This document shows, in pieces, positions 1 to 13,374 of a stretch of DNA of 64,000 nt; positions within the stretch are counted from its first letter, which is position 1; every line of letters begins with the position of its first letter. Both the position numbers and the translations under genes were made by a program. The notes under the pieces were generated by a model, which was not told the DNA's origin, searched no databases, and saw only the letters and a program-made list of their open reading frames with translations. The stretch spans positions 71,920,001 to 71,984,000 of the forward strand of contig OZ024746.1 of assembly GCA_964016885.1 (NCBI GenBank). Direction: 5' to 3'. The DNA comes from Eledone cirrhosa (Eukaryota).

Positions 1-670
1 CACGAGTCTGTTGAAGAGAGCCCAAAACGATCACTGCACAGAAGACAATCCTTGGGCCTCTCCACAGAAACTTGCAGAAAGGTTGTCAAAAAGAATCTTA
101 AGTAGTACCTCTACGGAATATAGACGAAACAAAGGCTTACTGTAGCTGATAAGAGCAAGAGAAAGATTATGGCTGAGAAAATGCTGGAGAAGATGGAACA
201 CAACGCAAATTTTCTGAATCTGCTGTAGACATCTGATGAAAACCACTTTCACTCAAAGGGGAAGATTAACTCTAAGAACAATGTGTTCTGAGGGTCAGAA
301 AAACCTACTGAAGGAGGTATGTAACCTCTCCACTCTGCTAAATATACCGTCTGGGTTGTCATTTCTGAGAGAGGTTTGATTGGCTCTTTCTTCTTCAAAG
401 AAAATGGTATCAATGCTACAATCACAAAGGAACGCTATGTATATGTCCTGGAAGACTTCACAAAGGAGCTACAGACTATGTACCCATCTCTAATGTATAA
501 GTTCTGGTTCCAGCAAGACGGAGCAAGCCCTCTCACATCCAATGAGTTGTGAGAATGGCTGAAATATAACTTTGGAAATCCTGTGATCAGTTTGAAGACT
601 GATTTTGAGTGGACACCACACAGCCCTGATTTAAGCTCCCCGGATTTCTTTCTTTGGGGTTATCTGAAGA
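1..670 (+). mobile_element. Decayed Tc1/mariner transposase, DD41D (rosa) type, catalytic domain
   Basis: Manual translation gives TSDE.HFH, YTVWVVIS, WFQQDGA and WTPHSPDLSSPDFFLWGYLK. There are 41 residues between the second and third Asp. In-frame stops are present. Confidence 0.85.
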
Positions 671-709
671 ATCAGGACCATCACTGAACTAAAGGAAAGC
701 ATCAGGGAT

Positions 710-965
710 TGAAAATTCGTTTCGGGGACAGCCCGCTAATTTGGTGTTATATCGATAGCAGACGGCCCCCGAATCGAATTTTCTATTTCTATATTCTATT
801 TTTTGTTCTATTTCCTATCTTTTATTCTATGTTTGGGTTCAACGTAATCCTGTTAAATAATTCTGCAAATAACACCTGATGAAATCGCCTAGTCTTGCAT
901 CACAATCGGATGCTAGTGCTGGGCTATCTAAATATGTGTAGTGCGTTCGCGGAATTAAAATTTTA
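710..965 (+). mobile_element. Hairpin element with a degenerate hammerhead motif (same family as 36208-36540)
   Basis: cac-CTGATGA (876-882), a long stem II, TAAA instead of GAAA (929-932), then tatgtg-TA-gtg. Clear homology to 36370-36530. Confidence 0.55.
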
Positions 966-1070
966 AAGTAAATTTTCCAGTCCAGCCTTCTGCTGTTGTT
1001 TTAATGCGTATATATATATGTGTGTGTGAGTGTGTGTGTGTGTTTGTGTGTGTGTGTGTATGTGTGTATC

Positions 1071-1322
<252 letters not shown>

Positions 1323-1451
1323 GTAGAACTTCTATTTAAATTGTTGGGATACAACAAGCAAATTTTTTATAACTGGTATAAAGCACTCAACAAATAATTG
1401 GAGTAAAAATACAATATTAACAAATGGAAACTATATTTATAAAACCATATT

Positions 1452-1516
1452 TATTTCATTATACATATTTCAAGGACACCAAGTTAAATTATGGTGTGCT
1501 TTCATCAGATAAAATA
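1452..1516 (-). ncRNA. Minimal type-I hammerhead ribozyme (mirror copy)
   Basis: Reverse complement of 1660-1724. Confidence 0.8.
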
Positions 1517-1659
1517 TAATATAGAGCAGTTTTATAAATAAATATTGACATACCCTTAAAGAATGCAACCATTACTGTTACTATCCGGGAGCTTCCAACA
1601 GTAATGGTTGCATTCTTTAAGGGTATGTCAATATTTATTTATAAAACTGCTCTATATTA

Positions 1660-1724
1660 TATTTTATCTGATGAAAGCACACCATAATTTAACTTGGTGT
1701 CCTTGAAATATGTATAATGAAATA
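1660..1724 (+). ncRNA. Minimal type-I hammerhead ribozyme
   Basis: Stem I tattttat/atgaaata; CTGATGA 1668-1674; stem II aagcacacca/tggtgtcctt; GAAA 1705-1708; short near-palindromic stem III tatgta; predicted cleavage after UA at 1716. Confidence 0.8.
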
Positions 1725-1943
1725 AATATGGTTTTATAAATATAGTTTCCATTTGTTGATATCGTTTTCAATACCACCTCCACCACCATCATCAACATGA
1801 TTCTGGCACCCCCTCCCTCTCCTACCCTCTCCATTATCATCACCACCACCACTACCACCGCCACAATCACCACCACCACTACCACCAGAATCATGCGGTG
1901 CCCCAGCATGGCCTCAGCCGGATGGCTGAAACAGGTAAAAGAG

Positions 1944-2045
<102 letters not shown>

Positions 2046-2429
2046 GCAAACAGGCATATAGATTGACAGTCATACAAACATACACACATACAGAACTACT
2101 GGTAAAATAACGGACATACAGCCATGCTGACAGACTGACAACCATATAGACAAACAAATTGACAGACCGACTGACAGACATACTGACAAACACATGACAG
2201 GCAGACAGCTAAACAGACAAGCATACAAAACACAACAGACAAGCAGAGAGATACAAACAGAGAGAGAGGGAGAGGGAGAGAGTTAAACTGAGAGATACAA
2301 CGACAGCAAAGAGGGAAAGATGAGAGTGGCGACGGAAGCTAGGCTATCATCCATTCACAATTCTGTGGTGAATGAAAGGAAGGGGGGAGTGGGGAGTGAG
2401 AGAATGAGGGAAGGGGTGGTGTGCGATGG

Positions 2430-3040
2430 TGGGAGGACATGGTAATGGTGGTGGTGGTGGTGGTGGTGGTGGTGGTTGTGGTGGTGGTAGGGTCTGTGTG
2501 GGGAGGTGCTGCTGCTGTGGGGGGCAAAGGGGAGGGCATGATCATGATCGTGACGACGGTGGTGGTGGCGGTGCTGTGATGGTGTTGGTGGTGGGGAAAG
2601 GGGAGCGGGCTTGATCATGATGATGGTGGTGGTGGTGGTGGTGGTGGTGGTGGTGGTGGTGGTGGAGAGGGTTGGAGGGGAGGACAGAATTATGATGATG
2701 ATGGTGACGGTAGTGGTGGTGGTGGTGGTGGTGGTGGTGATGGTGGTGGCAGTGGAGAGGGTAGGAGGAGGAGGACAGAATGATGATGATGGTGGTGGCG
2801 CTGGTGGTGGTGGTGGTGGTGATGGTGGTGGTGGTAGTGGTGGTCGTGATGGTAGTGGAGAGGGTAGGAGGGGAGGGACAGAATCATGTTGATGGTGGTG
2901 GCGCTGGTGGTGGTAGTGGTGGTGGTAGTGGTGGTGGTGATTGTGGTGGTGGTGGTAGTGGTGGTGGTGGTGATAGTGGAGAGGGTAGGAGGGGGGAGGG
3001 GGTGCCAGAATCATGTTGATGATGGTGGTGGGGGTGGTAT
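2430..3040. repeat. (GGT)n-rich low-complexity tract with a recurring gagagggtaggagg..cagaat unit
   Basis: Direct inspection; about 4 degenerate units of about 100-120 bp. A related inverted copy lies at 1770-1895. Confidence 0.85.
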
Positions 3041-3212
3041 TGAAAACGCTTGTTGCAAAAGTGATTAATTCTAAACAGTTCTACTTCCGAAGTGTTAAGA
3101 GGCGGAATTAGAGGTAAGGAAATCCAGAGGAGAGACTGTTGGTCCATATCAGACGACCTCCGTGGGAAACTGGCGCTAGTACTAGATTTGACTTTTTACT
3201 AAATAATGACAC

Positions 3213-6200
3213 ATACTGTCACAGAACCACTACCGCCAACAACAACATCAACAACATCAACAAGAGTAAGTAACGCCACACACTGTCACAGCACTACTAC
3301 CGCCAACAACAACATCAACAACATCAACAAGAGTAAGTAACGCCACACACTGTCACAGCACTACTACCACCAACAACAACATCAACAAGAGTAAGTAACG
3401 CCACACACTGTCACAGCACTACTACCACCAACAACAACATCAACAACATCAACAAGAGTAAGTAACGCCACACACTGTCACAGAACTACTACCACCAACA
3501 ACAACATCAACAACATCAACAAGAGTAAGTAACGCCACACACTGTCACAGCACTACTACCACCAACAACAACATCAACAACATCAACAAGAGTAAGTAAC
3601 GCCACACACTGTCACAGAACTACTACCACCAACAACAACATCAACAACATCAACAAGAGTAAGTAACGCCACACACTGTCACAGCACTACTACCACCAAC
3701 AACAACATCAACAACATCAACAAGAGTAAGTAACGCCACACACTGTCACAGCACTACTACCACCAACAACAACATCAACAACATCAACAAGAGTAAGTAA
3801 CGCCACACACTGTCACAGCACTACTACCACCAACAACAACATCAACAACATCAACAAGAGTAAGTAACGCCACACACTGTCACAGCACTACTACCACCAA
3901 CAACAACATCAACAACATCAACAAGAGTAAGTAACGCCACACACTGTCACAGAACCACTACCGCCAACAACAACATCAACAACATCAACAAGAGTAAGTA
4001 ACGCCACACACTGTCACAGCACTACTACCACCAACAACAACAACAGTAAGTAACGCCACACACTGTCACAGAACCACTACCGCCAACAACAACATCAACA
4101 ACATCAACAAGAGTAAGTAACGCCACACACTGTCACAGCACTACTACCAACAACAACAACAACAGTAAGTAACGCCACACACTGTCACAGCACTACTACC
4201 ACCAACAACAACATCAACAACATCAACAACAGTAAGTAACGCCACACACTGTCACAGCACTACTACCACCAACAACAACAACATCAACAAGAGTAAGTAA
4301 CGCCACACACTGTCACAGCACTACTACCACCAACAACAACAACATCAACAAGAGTAAGTAACGCCACACACTGTCACAGCACTACTACCAACAACAACAA
4401 CAACAGTAAGTAACGCCACACACTGTCACAGCACTACTACCGCCAACAACAACATCAACAACATCAACAAGAGTAAGTAACGCCACACACTGTCACAGCA
4501 CTACTACCACCAACAACAACATCAACAACATCAACAAGAGTAAGTAACGCCACACACTGTCACAGCACTACTACCACCAACAACAACATCAACAACATCA
4601 ACAAGAGTAAGTAACGCCACACACTGTCACAGCACTACTACCAACAACAACAACAACAGTAAGTAACGCCACACACTGTCACAGCACTACTACCGCCAAC
4701 AACAACATCAACAACATCAACAAGAGTAAGTAACGCCACACACTGTCACAGCACTACTACCACCAACAACAACATCAACAACATCAACAAGAGTAAGTAA
4801 CGCCACACACTGTCACAGCACTACTACCACCAACAACAACATCAACAAGAGTAAGTAACGCCACACACTGTCACAGCACTACTACCACCAACAACAACAT
4901 CAACAACATCAACAAGAGTAAGTAACGCCACACACTGTCACAGAACTACTACCACCAACAACAACATCAACAACATCAACAAGAGTAAGTAACGCCACAC
5001 ACTGTCACAGAACCACTACCACCAACAACAACATCAACAACATCAACAAGAGTAAGTAACGCCACACACTGTCACAGAACCACTACCACCAACAACAACA
5101 TCAACAACATCAACAAGAGTAAGTAACGCCACACACTGTCACAGCACTACTACCACCAACAACAACATCAACAACATCAACAAGAGTAAGTAACGCCACA
5201 CACTGTCACAGAACCACTACCACCAACAACAACATCAACAACATCAACAAGAGTAAGTAACGCCACACACTGTCACAGCACTACTACCACCAACAACAAC
5301 ATCAACAAGAGTAAGTAACGCCACACACTGTCACAGCACTACTACCACCAACAACAACATCAACAACATCAACAAGAGTAAGTAACGCCACACACTGTCA
5401 CAGAACCACTACCACCAACAACAACATCAACAACATCAACAAGAGTAAGTAACGCCACACACTGTCACAGCACTACTACCACCAACAACAACATCAACAA
5501 GAGTAAGTAACGCCACACACTGTCACAGCACTACTACCACCAACAACAACATCAACAACATCAACAAGAGTAAGTAACGCCACACACTGTCACAGAACTA
5601 CTACCACCAACAACAACATCAACAACATCAACAAGAGTAAGTAACGCCACACACTGTCACAGAACCACTACCACCAACAACAACATCAACAACATCAACA
5701 AGAGTAAGTAACGCCACACACTGTCACAGCACTACTACCACCAACAACAACATCAACAACATCAACAAGAATAAGTAACGCCACACACTGTCACAGAACC
5801 ACTACCACCAACAACAACATCAACAACATCAACAAGAGTAAGTAACGCCACACACTGTCACAGCACTACTACCACCAACAACAACATCAACAACATCAAC
5901 AAGAATAAGTAACGCCACACACTGTCACAGAACCACTACCACCAACAACAACATCAACAACATCAACAAGAGTAAGTAACGCCACACACTGTCACAGCAC
6001 TACTACCACCAACAACAACATCAACAACATCAACAAGAGTAAGTAACGCCACACACTGTCACAGCACTACTACCACCAACAACAACATCAACAACATCAA
6101 CAAGAGTAAGTAACGCCACACACTGTCACAGCACTACTACCACCAACAACAACATCAACAACATCAACAAGAGTAAGTAACGCCACACACTGTCACAGCA

Positions 6201-8690
6201 CTACTACCACCAACAACAACATCAACAACATCAACAAGAGTAAGTAACGCCACACACTGTCACAGAACCACTACCACCAACAACAACATCAACAACATCA
6301 ACAAGAGTAAGTAACGCCACACACTGTCACAGCACTACTACCACCAACAACAACATCAACAAGAGTAAGTAACGCCACACACTGTCACAGCACTACTACC
6401 ACCAACAACAACATCAACAACATCAACAAGAGTAAGTAACGCCACACACTGTCACAGAACCACTACCACCAACAACAACATCAACAACATCAACAAGAGT
6501 AAGTAACGCCACACACTGTCACAGCACTACTACCACCAACAACAACATCAACAACATCAACAAGAGTAAGTAACGCCACACACTGTCACAGAACCACTAC
6601 CACCAACAACAACATCAACAACATCAACAAGAGTAAGTAACGCCACACACTGTCACAGCACTACTACCACCAACAACAACATCAACAAGAGTAAGTAACG
6701 CCACACACTGTCACAGCACTACTACCACCAACAACAACATCAACAACATCAACAAGAGTAAGTAACGCCACACACTGTCACAGAACCACTACCACCAACA
6801 ACAACATCAACAACATCAACAAGAGTAAGTAACGCCACACACTGTCACAGCACTACTACCACCAACAACAACATCAACAACATCAACAAGAGTAAGTAAC
6901 GCCACACACTGTCACAGAACCACTACCACCAACAACAACATCAACAACATCAACAAGAGTAAGTAACGCCACACACTGTCACAGCACTACTACCACCAAC
7001 AAAAACATCAACAACATCAACAAGAGTAAGTAACGCCACACACTGTCACAGAACCACTACCACCAACAACAACATCAACAACATCAACAAGAGTAAGTAA
7101 CGCCACACACTGTCACAGCACTACTACCACCAACAACAACATCAACAACATCAACAACAGTAAGTAACGCCACACACTGTCACAGCACTACTACCACCAA
7201 CAACAACATCAACAACATCAACAAGAGTAAGTAACGCCACACACTGTCACAGCACTACTACCACCAACAACAACATCAACAACATCAACAAGAGTAAGTA
7301 ACGCCACACACTGTCACAGCACTACTACCACCAACAACAACATCAACAACAACAACAACAGTAAGTAACGCCACACACTGTCACAGCACTACTACCACCA
7401 ACAACAACAACAACAACAGTAAGTAACGCCACACACTGTCACAGCACTACTACCACCAACAACAACATCAACAACATCAACAAGAGTAAGTAACGCCACA
7501 CACTGTCACAGCACTACTACCACCAACAACAACATCAACAACATCAACAAGAGTAAGTAACGCCACACACTGTCACAGCACTACTACCACCAACAACAAC
7601 ATCAACAACATCAACAAGAGTAAGTAACGCCACACACTGTCACAGCACTACTACCACCAACAACAACATCAACAACATCAACAAGAGTAAGTAACGCCAC
7701 ACACTGTCACAGCACTACTACCACCAACAACAACATCAACAACATCAACAAGAGTAAGTAACGCCACACACTGTCATAGCACTACTACCACCAACAACAA
7801 CATCAACAACATCAACAAGAGTAAGTAACGCCACACACTGTCACAGCACTACTACCACCAACAACAACATCAACAACATCAACAAGAGTAAGTAACGCCA
7901 CACACTGTCACAGCACTACTACCACCAACAACAACATCAACAACATCAACAAGAGTAAGTAACGCCACACACTGTCACAGCACTACTACCAACAACAACA
8001 ACATCAACAACATCAACAAGAGTAAGTAACGCCACACACTGTCACAGCACTACTACCAACAACAACAACATCAACAACATCAACAAGAGTAAGTAACGCC
8101 ACACACTGTCACAGCACTACTACCACCAACAACAACATCAACAACATCAACAAGAGTAAGTAACGCCACACACTGTCACAGAACCACTACCACCAATAAC
8201 AACATCAACAACATCAACAAGAGTAAGTAACGCCACACACTGTCATAGCACTACTACCAACAACAACAACATCAACAACATCAACAAGAGTAAGTAACGC
8301 CACACACTGTCACAGCACTACTACCACCAACAACAACATCAACAACAACAACAACAGTAAGTAACGCCACACACTGTCACAGCACTACTACCGCCAACAA
8401 CATCAACAACAGTAAGTAACGCCACACACTGTCACAGAACCACTACCAACAACAACAACATCAACAACATCAACAAGAGTAAGAAACGCCACACACTGTC
8501 ACAGCACTACTACCGCCAACAACAACATCAACAACATCAACAACAGTAAGTAATACCACACTATCATAGCACTACTACCACCAACAACAACATTAACAGC
8601 AACAGCAACAACAAATAACACCACACACTATCATAGCACTACTAGCACCAAAAACAACATTAACAGCAACAACAACAACAACAACAACAA
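3213..8690. repeat. Minisatellite array, 67-bp unit (58-bp and other variants), about 80 copies
   Basis: Unit cacactgtcacagcactactaccaccaacaacaacatcaacaacatcaacaagagtaagtaacgcca; gagtaag recurs at 3264 and 3331. Units decay at the right edge. Confidence 0.97.
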
Positions 8691-8694
8691 ATAA

Positions 8695-8842
8695 CTGTTT
8701 CCACTTTTGGCACAAGGCCAGCAATTATCCCAGTACATTACTGGTACTTTATTTTATCGACCCTGTAAGGATGAAAGGCAAAGTTAACCTCGGCAGGATT
8801 TGAACTCAGACCGTAAAGGGGCGTAACTATGCTGGAAAGCAT
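8695..8842 (-). mobile_element. tRNA-derived SINE (abundant family) inserted in the decayed edge of the minisatellite
   Basis: Reverse complement of the consensus gagttcaaatcc.gccgaggttaactttgcctttcatccttac..ggtcgataaaataaagtaccag. Confidence 0.85.
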
Positions 8843-9142
8843 ACACATAGTCATAGCACCACTACCACCAACACTAATGAAATTAACAGTAGCAACAACA
8901 CCAACAGCAACAACACCAAATAACGACACCCCGTCATAGCACCACTACCACCAACAATAAGAATATCAACAGTAATAATAACAGCAATAACGGTAACATC
9001 AACATCTAATAACAAAACACACTGTCACAGCACCACTGTTATCACAAACAACAGCAAAACAGCAGCAACATCAAATAACACGTTACATACGATTGGTAAA
9101 GTAGAAATAACGTATGATGGGGCCGTACATCTCTTACTTAGG

Positions 9143-9580
9143 TCAATCTTCTTCTTGTGCCATCACTGTGTCAGTGTTTGACGAACCATGACGTTCCACG
9201 TTGTTCGATCTCGGTGGAGATCCCATACTTCTGCGGCTTGTCAAAAAAGGACCTCCTTTGACGACCTCTAGCACGCTTCCCAGGAATTTTTCCGCTAATG
9301 GAAAGGTTTTCCAGCATGCTTTTCCTGATGACATGTCCTAGGAACATTAGTTGTTTCTTTTTAATAGTGAGCAGTATCTCACGTACCATCCACACTCTCT
9401 TCAAAACCTCTTCATTATTTATTTAGTCGGCATACGAGATCCTGAGTACTCTGCAATAGAAATACATCTCAGTAGACTCGACGTATCTCCGTGTCGGATT
9501 CGTGAAAGTCCACGATTCGTAGCAGTAAAGAGGCGTTGACCAAACAAATGTCTTCAGTAAACGAATTTTGATTCCGATTC
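9143..9580 (-). mobile_element. RTE-clade LINE 3' fragment
   Basis: LLKTFVWS, KKKQLMFLGHVIRK and GKIPGKRARGRQR motifs; frameshifted. Confidence 0.8.
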
Positions 9581-10470
9581 CGAATCAATAGTAAAACCTA
9601 AAAGCCTTAAAATCCACCTTAGAACCCATCATAAGAAGGCACTGCACCAGCGGTACCCAAACTGAGACCTGCAGACCCGTAGGAGTCCGCAAAGATAATA
9701 CTGGATCTTCGCGAGCTAAGTTCACATGTTCAAGTACTTTGTTGAAAACATAATGTATGCACACTATTCTTCTGTAAGTGACAAGAAACGCTGAGGTGTG
9801 CTAGACAGCCGAAGGTCTTCAGAGAAGAACCCCTCTCTCAAGCAAGCTCTTAACTTCTGGGGCCGAAACACTTGCTGCTTGAAGGGGGTGGGGGACTCTG
9901 AAAACCTCCTGTTGTCTAACTATTCTGAGAGTTTCTTACCACATAGAGAAGATCGAATACCCATTTCTCTCTTTTGGTTATAACAATCTGGAAGGGGAGT
10001 AATTGTAGCAAGGAGTCCTTAGTAGAGAAAGAGTTAGGAACCACTTGGGGGAGTGCCATGTGTGATCATATTCGCTGTTTGAGATGTGTAGCAGCCTTCG
10101 GAAGCACGTGTGATCAAACGCCAACATTCTTTGATGAATGTTCACTGCAAGTGTCAAGCTTTCGTCCCCATACAGAAGCATTAAAGTCACCAGTGACTTG
10201 TAGGGCTGATTAATGTGCATTTTCATTCAGGGATGAAATTTTATGGTTTTTTAGTGCAATATACGCTTCGCCTTTATCTAAATATTATTTTTCATCGCAT
10301 ACTCAAGCAGAGATGACATCGTCATTTCAAATTACATTTTGCTATCAATTATAGAGATTCATTTCTGTTGCTGCCTACTGAAGATTGTGGTGGTTAGCTC
10401 CCTTTATGCAGTATGAAACTTGAAGTTATGGACAGTTAAGTTTAACCAATAAGCATTATGATTTAGTTAT

Positions 10471-10650
10471 TGGCAGTATCGGTAGAGGGTTGGACGCCAT
10501 GCTTTGCAGCAAAGAGTTACGGCCCTTTATGGTCTGAGTTCAAATCCCGCCGAGGTTAACTTTGCCTTTCATCCTTACGGGGTCGATAAAATAAAGTTCC
10601 AGTAATACACTGGGATAATTGCTGGCCGTGTGCCAAAAGTAGAAACAATT
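10471..10650 (+). mobile_element. tRNA-derived SINE, near full length
   Basis: A box tggcagtatcggt, B box gagttcaaatcc, conserved central domain and tail ..aaagtagaaacaatta. Confidence 0.85.
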
Positions 10651-11734
10651 ATCATTTAGTTAATATATTCACAGTGTTTTATATATTGGTTCTCCATTTA
10701 ATTCGTAAGCACACTTTCAATCTCTATATACGAACGGAACATCTGGATAAGAGAATAACTGGTTGGCAGATTAACTAAATAGAAGAATAGCGAAATAACA
10801 GACAAAGTGAACAAGGAAATAGTGGAATGATATAATTCATTTCATAATATATAAACTGCATGCTATAACAAAACAACTAAATGAGCAACAGAGATAACAG
10901 GATGAGAGAATATTTAATTGAATGGTGGAATAATTTTGTGACAGCATAGCTGAACAACACGATAATTAAAATGACACAATAAGCAATATGAATGACAGAA
11001 TAAACGAATGATAGAATAATTAAATTACAGGCTGAATGATTTGAATGATAGGATAATTAAATTAACACTTAGTTTTGCAGAAAATGAGCCTAAAAAATAA
11101 ACTTTGTGGTGAAACAACGGAATGATGGAACAATTTCATGACAGAATAATGATATTTTGATGATGATGATGATGATGAGGAGGAGGAGGAGGAGGGGGAG
11201 GAGGAGGAGGAGGCGGAGGAGATGTTGGATCTAGCATCGGTTTCAACGTAGAGAATATAATTGTTTGATCAAATGAATGTCCAACTCACTCGCTTGAGGA
11301 TACGTAACGGGAAATTCCGAGTAACGACTCACGAAGATTCAGATTTGAACAGATATATAACTTTGCCTTTTATCCTTTCGAGGTCGATAAAAAAGTAATA
11401 GTCTAGTACTAGGGTCGATTCTTTATCTATATTTCTTTCTCACTTCCTCTCTATCACTTCCTATCCTTCTCTGGAAGAAATCTGCTATTTTCACACCTGG
11501 AGAGGGGTGGGCATCGCCAGGTTTAAAATGCCCAAGAAACGCGGTCTGCCACTGCAGTACCCCTACAACTCCATCAGGAGTTAGGGTATCATACCATAAC
11601 TGAATTACAGAACAGAAAACAATCTGCATGAGGAACTATAAAATTACGAATAACCGAACTATAACAAAATAGGCAGGATGGCAGGGTAAACAGAATCGAA
11701 CGATTAAATGATTGAAATATAAGATTTTTAGTCA

Positions 11735-11950
11735 AATACTGGGGGCTGACCAATCTCTTCCTCTTTACACCGGTCTCCGTCGAAACCTCTGGCACCCTTG
11801 GTCCCCGCACTGCTGAATTTATCTGTAAAGTCGGAAAGACGGCGGTCCACTTGAAGAAGGAGTCCCATGATGTGGAGTGGCTGTTACAGCGGGTGTCTCT
11901 GGTCATTCTCCGCGGCAACGCTTTTGCCGTTTTATCTGTGGGGCGTGGCT
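11735..11950 (+). mobile_element. CRE-clade (restriction-like endonuclease) non-LTR retrotransposon 3' fragment
   Basis: Translates to FTPVSVETSGTLGP...LLQRVSLVILRGNA, the typical C-terminal motif of CRE-type elements. Confidence 0.65.
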
Positions 11951-12580
11951 AAGGCATGGCTCAAACTGGAGTGTAGTGACTTCCCCTCACCCTTTCGTTT
12001 AGCGCTTGATCCTTCTTTCTTTTCCTCTTTTTCATTTATTTTTTCTTCTTCCTTTTATGTCCCCTTTAGTAGTGTATTTTGCTTTTATTTGATACTGCTC
12101 AATTATTTTTATATAATGTCAATGGCCTTTCATGACATTGCCAGATTTTGTATATTGAATAATTTGTATATTATATAAAAGATAAAAAAAGATGGAATAA
12201 ACGCATTTACAGAATAACTATAAACGAATGAATGAAAGTATAATGGAGTGTGCGGGATCCCCGTCAGTTCCGACGATGAGTGTTCCAGTGATCAACAAAA
12301 CAACCTGATCATGAAATCAACGTGCGGGTGGCTAAGAATTCCAAATGTAGTTCTTAGGAAGATTCAGCGTAAAATAGAATGTGATAGGACAGATCAATTG
12401 AATTACAGGTACAATCCATCGTAACTGAGCATTCCACAGACACGTGTACCCTTACAATATTTCTCAGCGAGATTCAGCATGTTGCAGTATATGAAAAGGC
12501 ATTTGAACTACAGGTACAACTCGTTCTTTCCCAGCTAAATAACTGGAACAATTTAAAATATAGTATCTTGCTCAAATGAA

Positions 12581-12905
12581 GGCGCATGGCTTAGTAGAGC
12601 GTCGGGCTTGCAGCTGTGAGTTTGTAAGTTCGTTTCAGAAACCCGGTGGTGCGTTGTGTCCTTCATCAAGATACTTTATTTCACGTTACTCCAGTTCATT
12701 CAGATGTAGAAATGTGTTGAAACGTCACTGATGCTGAGCTGTATCGGCATTTGACTTTCCTTTGGACAACACCCGTGGCGTAGACAGGGAAGTCTTATAA
12801 GTTTGGGTGACTTGCAAGTCTTCCAACACATGCCTGGACTTCTGCTTCAGAGGGGAACCTTCTAGGTTCAAATCTCATGGCCATTCGTGACCGAAGGCTG
12901 TCTTT
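12581..12905 (+). mobile_element. tRNA-derived CORE-type SINE (second family; other copies near 16130, 25570-25900, 27480, 38845-39120, 39450-39580, 63110)
   Basis: Head ggcgcatggcttagt, core tgtgtcctt..caaga.actttatttcacgtt.ctccag; repeated across the window. Confidence 0.7.
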
Positions 12906-13374
12906 ACCCTTTATCTTACTCAAGAAAACATCGCATTGTCGGCTATCGAAATCGCAACCTTGCGATCGTAGACCAAACACCTTAACCGCTAAGCCACGCG
13001 ACTTGACAAAGGTATAACGAAAAAAACTGAATGAATTTAGTTTAGTGAATGAATGATTGTATGAATATATAAAATAAATAGATAAATAGATAGATAAATA
13101 AAAAGATAAATAAAATGACAGACGAACAAAAATTACAATAGATGAATGACTGTAAGAATCCGTTACGTATCAGCATACATCTCTCCCTTCTCTTCCCCTC
13201 CTCTAGGTCTTCTAACAACAACCCATCACCATTAGGGCACCAGCATCACCATCACCATGAGGAATTACCATCACTACTACCATCACGATCATCATCAATA
13301 ATAATGACGTTCAACATGTCTATCATTTTTGACAAACACAGAGAAAAGCACAACAACCACAAGGAGAACCAGGG

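Larger units (their letters stand above)
1419..1757. repeat. Long inverted repeat (161-bp arms, 17-nt spacer) with a hammerhead on each arm
   Basis: 1419-1579 is the reverse complement of 1597-1757. Confidence 0.95.

Noticed and set aside
3213-8690. CRISPR-like regular array
   Set aside because: There are no unique spacers (the whole 67-bp unit repeats), no cas genes, and the context is eukaryotic.
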